Assembly (NCBI RefSeq): GCF_050717515.1
Contig: NZ_JBOITL010000032.1
Coordinates: forward strand, 1 to 32,000
Origin: Clostridium sp.
Lineage (GTDB): Bacteria; Bacillota; Clostridia; Clostridiales; Clostridiaceae
Direction: 5' to 3'
DNA length: 32,000 nt
A program made the position numbers and the translations under genes. This document shows, in pieces, positions 7,453 to 13,974 of the stretch. The notes under the pieces were generated by a model. It saw only the letters and a program-made list of their open reading frames with translations. It did not search any database and had not been told where the DNA came from. Every line of letters begins with the position of its first letter. Positions within the stretch are counted from its first letter, which is position 1.

Positions 7453-8057
7453 AAAATGATTTTGTCTTTGTAGACGAATTTGTACACGGAATACGTTGGG
7501 ATGCTAAATACGCCACATGGGATAATTTTACCGGCAAACTGGTGGACGGATATGTAGCAAATCGAATTGTCGGTACGAGAGCTTTGTGCGCAGCCCTGGA
7601 AAAAGCACGAGAAAACGCCGCTTCCTTTGGCTTTGGCTTGCTTCTTTGGGATGGTTATCGCCCTCAATGCGCCGTAGATTGTTTTCTGCGCTGGTCAAAA
7701 CAGCCGGAAAATGGCCAGACGAAACTAAAACACTATCCGAATATTGACAAAACCGAGATAGTTGAAAAAGGATATGTGGCCGCTAAGTCGGGGCACAGTC
7801 GCGGCAGCGCAATTGACTTAACCCTCTATCATTTAGCTACCGGTACACTTGTTCCAATGGGCGGCGACTTTGATTTGATGGATTCAGTCTCACATCATGG
7901 AGCAAAAAGAATCACGCAAGTCGAAGCGAGAAACCGTCAATACCTTTGTTCTATCATGGAGGCCTGCGGTTTTGTTTCATATGATTGCGAGTGGTGGCAC
8001 TACACACTGAAACACGAACCTTATCCAAACACTTATTTTGATTTTCCCATCACATAG
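7449..8057 (+). CDS. vanX: VanX D-Ala-D-Ala dipeptidase
   Basis: ATGA overlap with the ligase stop. VHG.RWDAKYATWDNFTGK.VDGY, LLLWDGYRP, SGHSRGSAIDLTLY, EWWHY and PYPN.YFDFP match Tn1546 VanX throughout. Confidence 0.92.
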   Translation: MKNDFVFVDEFVHGIRWDAKYATWDNFTGKLVDGYVANRIVGTRALCAALEKARENAASFGFGLLLWDGYRPQCAVDCFLRWSKQPENGQTKLKHYPNIDKTEIVEKGYVAAKSGHSRGSAIDLTLYHLATGTLVPMGGDFDLMDSVSHHGAKRITQVEARNRQYLCSIMEACGFVSYDCEWWHYTLKHEPYPNTYFDFPIT

Positions 8058-8249
8058 TTGAGGCGGTCAAAAAAATTGCCAAAAGCATTGAAAGTACTTA
8101 TAGCAGCTAATATTTAGGCAACATAATCTATAAAGGTACTGTATTATTTCAATAACTAAATTTTAGATACATAAATATTTAATATTAACAGTTTCATGTA
8201 AACGATGGTTTGCAAGGAGCTGTTATATTTTATTTTAGAAAAGAGGTAA

Positions 8250-8402
8250 GTTCATAAAAAATTTAAACATAGCCTAACTGAATTCTCGGATATAATAGAT
8301 AAAGCAACCCCTGAGGGATTAAAGAATGCTAAGGCTAAAGGTATTAAGTTGGGTAGACCTAACAGGATTTTACAGAAGACTTTAAAAAAATATGAATTAT
8401 AA
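8250..8402 (+). pseudogene. C-terminal remnant of a serine recombinase (resolvase/invertase family)
   Basis: Reads ...SLTEFSDIIDKATPEGLKNAKAKGIKLGRPNRILQKTLKKYEL*. This resembles the AEFER...ERT.EGL..AKA.G...GRP linker region. There is no catalytic N-terminal domain, and an in-frame stop lies at 8247-8249. Confidence 0.5.
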
Positions 8403-8455
8403 AAGAGGGGTGTAACCTTCTTTTTTTATGGAATGAATATATATGCTTGAAAGCA

Positions 8456-8665
8456 AGCAAAGGTCAACAGGCAAAACAGTTTCTAATAGAAACATCAGCT
8501 AAACCATTTTGAAAAATGGATAAAATTTAAATTGTAATCTTAAGAAATCTTAAGGTTTAATTACAATTTTCTTAAACTCATTTTTGTATTATAAGAAAGT
8601 AAGGAATATGCATTTTACTTTGTTGAAGAATTTTCAAAAAAAATGTGTTATCACTTGAATTTAAG
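8456..8665 (+). repeat. Right direct repeat (210 nt) carrying promoter copy 3
   Basis: About 90% identical to 5154-5367. It continues directly into the vanY-2 ribosome-binding site. Confidence 0.85.
8538..8592 (+). promoter_or_regulatory. Promoter copy 3 of the VanR-type regulon (upstream of vanY-2/vanR/vanS)
   Basis: TCTTAAG at 8538-8544 and 8548-8554, TCTTAAA at 8570-8576, TATTAT at 8587-8592. Confidence 0.6.
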
Positions 8666-8695
8666 CTATTAAAGGTAAATAAGGAGGAGTTTAAG

Positions 8696-9424
8696 GTGAA
8701 AAAGAAAACTGGAGTGATTTTGATTTTAGGAATTGTATGCTTAATGTACATAAACAGCAAATATGGTAGTATAAAAGTTATAGGGGATGTAATTGAAAGG
8801 AAAACTTATATTGAATCTATTAAAGATATGTCTAATGAGAATAGCAATGTAGATGATGGAGAGTTAATATTAGTGAATAGAAAAACTACTTTGGATAAGG
8901 ATTATGTTCCACATAATTTAAAAGTTGCAAAGGTTAATATTTATCCTACCGTTTCAGATGAAGAAATGCAAATGGAAGGAAATGCAGCGGATGCACTTAA
9001 AAAACTATTTGATCAAGGTAAGGAGGAAGGAATTATACTTTATGCATTATCTGGCTATAGATCTTATGCAACTCAAAAGGACTTATATGAAAATAGTATT
9101 AAAACAAATGGAAAAGGGTATACATATAAGTACGTGGCAATAGCAGGTAAAAGTGAACATCAATCAGGACTTGCAATGGATATAACTAATGCTAAAAAGA
9201 GTACAGGTTTTGAAAACACTAAAGAAGGTAAATGGCTTCAAAAGAATGCTTATAAATTTGGATTTATAATAAGATATGGAAAAGGAAAAGAAGATATTAC
9301 AGGTTATAATTATGAACCTTGGCATGCAAGGTATGTAGGTGCTGAGAATTCAGAGAAAATTTACTCAAAGGATATTACTTTGGAGGAGTTTTTAAAATCT
9401 GTAACAATCAAAGTATATAATTAA
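8696..9424 (+). CDS. vanY: VanY-like D-alanyl-D-alanine carboxypeptidase (M15B), copy 2
   Basis: The ORF track gives 8645-9424. The likely start is GTG 8696 after AGGAGG (8682-8687). It has the same TM anchor and the SGYRSY, SEHQSGLAMD and EPWHARYVG motifs. Its C-terminus is 8 aa longer than copy 1. Confidence 0.85.
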   Translation: MKKKTGVILILGIVCLMYINSKYGSIKVIGDVIERKTYIESIKDMSNENSNVDDGELILVNRKTTLDKDYVPHNLKVAKVNIYPTVSDEEMQMEGNAADALKKLFDQGKEEGIILYALSGYRSYATQKDLYENSIKTNGKGYTYKYVAIAGKSEHQSGLAMDITNAKKSTGFENTKEGKWLQKNAYKFGFIIRYGKGKEDITGYNYEPWHARYVGAENSEKIYSKDITLEEFLKSVTIKVYN

Positions 9425-9444
9425 AGAATGTAAAATAAAACCTG

Positions 9445-9506
9445 TTTGTTATATATTATCTGTGTTTTTAGTAAATGAACTTGGAATAAGTCCTCCATAT
9501 TTTGTG
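9445..9506 (+). pseudogene. Internal remnant of a paralogue of the 4Fe-4S membrane protein gene (compare 15756-15819)
   Basis: 62 nt align with 64 nt of the intact gene with roughly 8 differences, including AGTAAATGAA.TTGGAATAAGTCCTCCATATTTT. A 1-nt loss in the T-run breaks the frame, and there is no flanking coding sequence. Confidence 0.6.
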
Positions 9507-9640
9507 TTTCTATATTTATGGTCGACAAATATATTTTTAAGCGATATACTTATTAAAAATGTATAAGTTTCAACATTTAGTACACTTAAAAGTTATATAT
9601 TGCACAAAATGCTATCTGAACAAATAAATGGAGTGATTAT

Positions 9641-10351
9641 ATGGGTAAAAATATATTAGTTGTAGATGATGATAAAGAAATAGTTAATTTAATTGAAATA
9701 TATTTAACTAATGAAGGACATAATATTTACAAAGCATATGATGGTGAACAAGCTTTGCAGGTTATAGATAATTATAATATAAATCTTATAATACTAGATA
9801 TAATGATGCCTAAAATTGATGGTATAGAAGTGTGTAACAAAGTTCGCGAGAAACTTAATATACCTATAATTATGTTAAGTGCTAAAAATCAAGATTCAGA
9901 TAAAATAAAAGGGTTATTGTCAGGAGCTGATGATTATATGGTAAAACCCTTTAATCCTTTAGAACTTATGGTTAGAGTTAAGTCTATATTTAGAAGGATT
10001 TACGAATTCGATAAAAATAGTGATGAATTAAAAGATAGAGATACTATAGTTATAGGACCACTTAAAATTAAAAAATCCACTCATCAGGTAGAAGTATATA
10101 ATAAGATTATTGCTTTAACTTCTACAGAATTTGAAATATTACACGTCCTAGCTAATAATCCAGGGAGAGTTTTTAGTGCAGAAGAAATATTTCAAAGAGT
10201 TTGGAAGGAAAAATATTATCAATCTAATAATACAGTTATGACTCACATGAGTAAATTAAGAGATAAGCTTGATGAAGTTTTAGATGGTGAGAAACTTATT
10301 CATACTATATGGGGAGTAGGGTATAAAATTGAAAAGAAAACTTATATATAA
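9641..10351 (+). CDS. vanR: VanR-like OmpR-family response regulator (the only intact copy)
   Basis: Receiver domain (VVDDD, phospho-acceptor context LIILDIMMP, SAKN, DDYMVKPF) plus a winged helix ending NNTVMTHMSKLRDKL...TIWGVGYKIEKK. Compare Tn1546 VanR, which ends NNTITVHIRHLREKM...TVWGVGYKIEK. Confidence 0.88.
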   Translation: MGKNILVVDDDKEIVNLIEIYLTNEGHNIYKAYDGEQALQVIDNYNINLIILDIMMPKIDGIEVCNKVREKLNIPIIMLSAKNQDSDKIKGLLSGADDYMVKPFNPLELMVRVKSIFRRIYEFDKNSDELKDRDTIVIGPLKIKKSTHQVEVYNKIIALTSTEFEILHVLANNPGRVFSAEEIFQRVWKEKYYQSNNTVMTHMSKLRDKLDEVLDGEKLIHTIWGVGYKIEKKTYI

Positions 10352-11432
10352 ATTAGAGTTAAAAGTAGTTTTTAATATATTTCTTGTTTTTCTATTATCA
10401 GCATTAACAATGGCAGTATTTTATATTATGTGGAAGTTTTTTTTGGTAATATGTACAATCTATTCACAACGATTTTTAGATATAATTTATAGGCTAAGGC
10501 AATATGTCGATTTTATAAATATAACAAGTGCACTATGGATAATAATTTTTATAAGTTATTCCCATTTATTGCTTTACAAGAAAATTAAGTACTTTGTAGA
10601 AGTTGATGAACATATGAAAGCTATAGCCGCGGGTAGGATAGATAAAAAAATACCAGAACAATCGAAAGCAGAGCTTGGGAAAATGGCTAAAAATATGAAT
10701 GAAATAATAGAAAAATTAAATAAATCAATAGAAGAAGAGCGGAGAGCAGAACAAACAAAATATGAATTAATAACAAATGTATCTCATGATTTACGCACTC
10801 CATTAACCTCAATATTAGGGTATCTTGAACTAATAGATAAGGATAGATATGAAGATGAAGTTAGGCTTAGATACTATGTAAGTATTGCCTATGAAAAATC
10901 AAAGCGATTGAATACTTTAATTGATGACTTATTTCAATATACTATAATGAGAAATAGTACTTTAAAATTAAAAAAAGAATCAATAAACGTAATTGAACTT
11001 TTAAATCAAGTGGTATTGGAATTTAATCCACAGTTTAGAAAAAAAAATATAGAATGTAGGACATATTTTTCGGAGGATAAACTCTTAATAATGGCTGATG
11101 CAGCTAAATTAGCTAGAGCATTTGAAAATCTAATTTCTAACGGTATGAACTATGGAAGTGGGACTGAGTATATTGACATATGTACTAGGAAAGAAAATAA
11201 TAGTGCGGTTATAGAGGTAATTAATTATGGTGAGCCAATACCAAGTATAGATGTACCTTTTATTTTTGAAAGGTTCTATAGAGTTGAAAAGTCACGTTCG
11301 GAATTTGCTGGAGGATCAGGACTCGGTCTTGCTATAACTAAAAGTATAATCGAGCTTCATGAGGGTGAAATTTTTGTTGAAAGCAATTATGAGAGAACTG
11401 TTTTTATAATTAAATTGCCCTTGGGTAGTTAA
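10329..11432 (+). CDS. vanS: VanS-like sensor histidine kinase, copy 2
   Basis: TTG start overlaps the vanR 3' end. Same architecture and motifs as 1625-2728. The HAMP/DHp region is nearly identical at nucleotide level, while the N-terminal sensor part is much more diverged. Confidence 0.88.
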   Translation: MKRKLIYKLELKVVFNIFLVFLLSALTMAVFYIMWKFFLVICTIYSQRFLDIIYRLRQYVDFINITSALWIIIFISYSHLLLYKKIKYFVEVDEHMKAIAAGRIDKKIPEQSKAELGKMAKNMNEIIEKLNKSIEEERRAEQTKYELITNVSHDLRTPLTSILGYLELIDKDRYEDEVRLRYYVSIAYEKSKRLNTLIDDLFQYTIMRNSTLKLKKESINVIELLNQVVLEFNPQFRKKNIECRTYFSEDKLLIMADAAKLARAFENLISNGMNYGSGTEYIDICTRKENNSAVIEVINYGEPIPSIDVPFIFERFYRVEKSRSEFAGGSGLGLAITKSIIELHEGEIFVESNYERTVFIIKLPLGS

Positions 11433-11477
11433 TAAGATTTTAGAAATTACTTATGAAATATGATTTTGATGTAAAAG

Positions 11478-11515
11478 TAGCAAATGGATAGTGTAAATAT
11501 TTATTTGCTATTTTT
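11478..11515 (+). terminator. Rho-independent terminator after vanS-2
   Basis: TAGCAAAT (11478-11485) pairs with ATTTGCTA (11503-11510), followed by T5. Confidence 0.55.
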
Positions 11516-11633
11516 ATTTGAAATTATGAACCTTACATACTTGTCATATTCCTGTAAGCTTTACAGATAGTAAGTTATACATTATCATTATAGACTATAT
11601 GTATGTTTATAATTAGTTTCGAAGGAGTGGTAA

Positions 11634-12485
11634 ATAATCGATATAATATTTTTAGTAAAAGCAATTATAATAGCAATAGTAGAAGGGCTAACGGAGTTTA
11701 TCCCAGTATCTTCTACAGGACACATGATATTAGTTGGATGGGCAATTGGGTTTCAAGGGAAATTTGCAGAGATGTTTGAAGTTGTAATTCAACTTGGAGC
11801 AATAATGGCAGTGGTTGTTTTATATTGGAAGAAGATTAAAGAAAGTTTAATAGAATTTTTTAAGTTTATATTTACTAAAGGAAAAGAGGGAAAGAAAGGA
11901 TTTAAATTTGGGGTAAATGTTATTATAGCATCTATTCCCATGGGAATTGTAGGAGTATTATTATACGATAAAATCAAATCAAAATTTGTACCAGAAGCTG
12001 TCATAGTAGGATTTATAGTTGGTGGATTATTGTTATTAATAATTGAAAAGAGATTTGGGGGTAGGGATCATAAAGTAGAAAGTATAGATAACATAACACC
12101 TGTACAAGCATTTAAAATTGGGTTATTACAACTTCTTTCTGTATGGCCAGGAATGTCAAGAAGTGCGTCTACAATCATGGGTGGGTGGATTGCTGGATTA
12201 ACAACACCAATAGCAGCAGAGTTTTCATTTTTCATAGCCATTCCCGCTATGATAGGGGCAACAGGTAAGGATTTATTTGAATTTGATTATTCTGTAATGA
12301 CGAAAACATTATGGATTGCATTAATAGTTGGATTTATTGTAGCCTTCATAGTATCTATAATAGTTATGAAAAAATTTGTTGATTACTTGAAAAAGAAGCC
12401 GATGAAAGTTTTTGCAGTATATAGAATAGTAATAGGAAGTCTACTTGGGATATTAGTATTAACTAAGATTATTATTTTAACATAG
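11634..12485 (+). CDS. uppP: Undecaprenyl-diphosphate phosphatase UppP/BacA; the start codon is apparently non-canonical
   Basis: The ORF track starts at Met 11724. The conserved N-terminal motif VEGLTEFIPVSSTGH is encoded in frame upstream (11679-11723). The frame is open only back to TAA 11631-11633 and holds no ATG/GTG/TTG in between. RBS GGAGTGG at 11624-11630 precedes ATA 11634 and ATC 11637. Confidence 0.8.
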   Translation: MIDIIFLVKAIIIAIVEGLTEFIPVSSTGHMILVGWAIGFQGKFAEMFEVVIQLGAIMAVVVLYWKKIKESLIEFFKFIFTKGKEGKKGFKFGVNVIIASIPMGIVGVLLYDKIKSKFVPEAVIVGFIVGGLLLLIIEKRFGGRDHKVESIDNITPVQAFKIGLLQLLSVWPGMSRSASTIMGGWIAGLTTPIAAEFSFFIAIPAMIGATGKDLFEFDYSVMTKTLWIALIVGFIVAFIVSIIVMKKFVDYLKKKPMKVFAVYRIVIGSLLGILVLTKIIILT

Positions 12486-12529
12486 TTGTTGATTTGAGAG
12501 AAAATTATAGAGAGGATGGTTAAATTAAA

Positions 12530-13102
12530 ATGGTTTATTATTTAGCAAATTCTATAAATTTAGGATGGGATCAATTTTTTATTGCCCTTTCAAAATCTTC
12601 AGGCAAAATTCCTCAGCTTTTATTAACCGCATTAGTTTTTATTATACTATATTATTTCAATAAAAAAGTAGAAGCTATTTGCTGTGTATTTAATATCGGA
12701 TTTACTGGTTTTATCAACTTGATACTTAAAAACACAGTAAAAAGAGATAGACCCATGGGAATATGGTTAATGAAGGCTGATGGCTATAGTTTTCCTAGCG
12801 GTCATTCTTCTATTTCTACGGCTATAGGAATTGTACTTATTTATATTATATTTAAACAAATAAAGAATAAAAAAATCGCTTATTTAATGAGTGGGTTTAT
12901 ATTTGCATATTTAATTCTTGTAGGAATTAGTAGGGTTTATGTTGGAGTGCACTATCCGGGAGATGTTTTTGGGGGATGGTTTATAGCTGGAATATGGTCT
13001 TATATTACTATTATAGTTTATAAGTTTTGTATGAAGAAAGGCCTAGATAAATATTTAGATAAACATTTTACCATTAAATTCAATATTTTCAGAAGTAAAT
13101 AA
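12530..13102 (+). CDS. PAP2-family (BcrC-like) membrane phosphatase
   Basis: KRDRP, PSGHS and SRVYVGVHYPGDV are the three PAP2 acid-phosphatase motifs, in a protein with about 5 TM helices. Confidence 0.8.
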   Translation: MVYYLANSINLGWDQFFIALSKSSGKIPQLLLTALVFIILYYFNKKVEAICCVFNIGFTGFINLILKNTVKRDRPMGIWLMKADGYSFPSGHSSISTAIGIVLIYIIFKQIKNKKIAYLMSGFIFAYLILVGISRVYVGVHYPGDVFGGWFIAGIWSYITIIVYKFCMKKGLDKYLDKHFTIKFNIFRSK

Positions 13103-13141
13103 AATCTATTTAGTTTTAATTAAAACCATTTGAATCACTTT

Positions 13142-13168
13142 AGCCCACGAATTATTCGTGGGCTTTTT
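13142..13168 (+). terminator. Strong rho-independent terminator after the PAP2 gene
   Basis: AGCCCACGAA-TTA-TTCGTGGGCT (perfect 10-bp stem) followed by T5. Confidence 0.85.
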
Positions 13169-13246
13169 CATGTGGTAAAATGCAAATACTTAGGTTTATA
13201 AATAAACATATTTGTTCAAAGGGTATTTTATTAATTGGTATAAAAT

Positions 13247-13744
13247 TTATTTTGTAAGCTTAATTATTATATCCTTATGTTGAGAATATTTATTTAAGAG
13301 AGTATCTCTTTCAAATATCTCAAAATCTTTAAAGTCAAAGCCAGGGGATACCATACATCCAACAAGCGAGTACCCTGGAATATTCATAGCAGAACCAAAA
13401 ATGTAATTTTTAGGTACCAAAAACTGTGGAGTTTCTCCATTTTCTATATTAAGACCTAGTTGCTTAGTCGTAAGTTCTCCATTTGGACTTATCATATATA
13501 TTGTAAGAGGGGAGCCTGCATGGTAGTACCACATTTCATCTGATTTTAATCTATGAAAACTTGAGATTTCGCCATCTCTTAATAAAAAATAAATACTAGT
13601 CCAAAGTGTTCTTTCACCTTCAAACTTAGTTTTAAGGTTATTGGAGCTAATATTTTCACAAGAGCAGAAGCTACTTTTGTAAAAACCACCTTCAGGATGA
13701 GCTTCCATATTTAATGTGTCAATAAAGTATTGGGATGAGTACAT
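13247..13744 (-). CDS. Cupin-fold protein (DUF985-like)
   Basis: 165-aa ORF with MEAHPEGGFYK...FHRLKSDEMWYYH.G, typical of the DUF985 cupin family. GGAG lies upstream of the ATG on the minus strand. Confidence 0.65.
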   Translation of the reverse strand: MYSSQYFIDTLNMEAHPEGGFYKSSFCSCENISSNNLKTKFEGERTLWTSIYFLLRDGEISSFHRLKSDEMWYYHAGSPLTIYMISPNGELTTKQLGLNIENGETPQFLVPKNYIFGSAMNIPGYSLVGCMVSPGFDFKDFEIFERDTLLNKYSQHKDIIIKLTK

Positions 13745-13823
13745 AATTTATCTCCTTTGTTAAAAAAAATTTGATTGTATTTAATTATAATCAAATAAGT
13801 CAAAAGTTACAAGGTTATTTAAG

Positions 13824-13851
13824 GTGCCACCCACGTGGCAAGTGGCAAGTT
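13824..13851. repeat. 28-bp GC-rich element, copy a (GTGCCACCCACGTGGCAAGTGGCAAGTT)
   Basis: Exact reverse complement of 16215-16242. It contains the palindrome CCACGTGG and can fold as GCCAC-TTG-CCAC/GTGG-GTGGC. Confidence 0.9.
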
Positions 13852-13868
13852 ATGAAAAGAAATATTTG

Positions 13869-13929
13869 TAAGGTTTATTTAAGGTTAATGTTATCAAGAG
13901 GTAAGGTTAACCTTATATAATGTATTTAT
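13869..13929 (+). promoter_or_regulatory. TAAGGTT-box promoter, copy a (upstream of the TlpA-like operon)
   Basis: 61 nt identical to 16246-16306 except for one base. TAAGGTT occurs twice at 11-bp phasing, followed by the perfect 14-bp palindrome TAAGGTTAACCTTA (13902-13915) and TATAAT at 13916-13921. Confidence 0.65.
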
Positions 13930-13974
13930 TGTATAAGAATAAAAATAGAACTTGCAAATAAAGGAGAATTGATT

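Larger units (their letters stand above)
5154..8665 (+). mobile_element. Probable horizontally acquired vanH-ligase-vanX island, bounded by direct repeats; no intact mobility gene
   Basis: Direct repeats 5154-5367 and 8456-8665. GC-rich cargo at 5451-8057. Serine-recombinase remnant at 8250-8402. A truncated gene sits at the left junction. Confidence 0.5.

Noticed and set aside
6440-7667. Alternative-frame and antisense ORFs inside the ligase and vanX genes (6440-6772 +, 6585-6833 +, 6567-6761 -, 7362-7667 -)
   Set aside because: They overlap genes with unambiguous full-length homology. Their products are Arg/Cys/Trp-rich nonsense typical of off-frame reading of GC-richer DNA. Stop codons are simply rarer there than in the AT-rich flanks.
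8058-8249. Searched the stretch after vanX for a vanZ, vanW or vanY-type accessory gene
   Set aside because: No open frame longer than about 20 codons and no recognisable motif in any frame. The stretch is AT-rich and probably non-coding junction DNA.
378-8665. Could the recurring 80-210-bp repeats be a CRISPR array or IS-element ends?
   Set aside because: There are only three copies, separated by 3-5 kb of genes. They are not short, regularly spaced repeats with spacers, and each is placed exactly upstream of an operon start. There are no cas genes, transposase or terminal inverted repeats.
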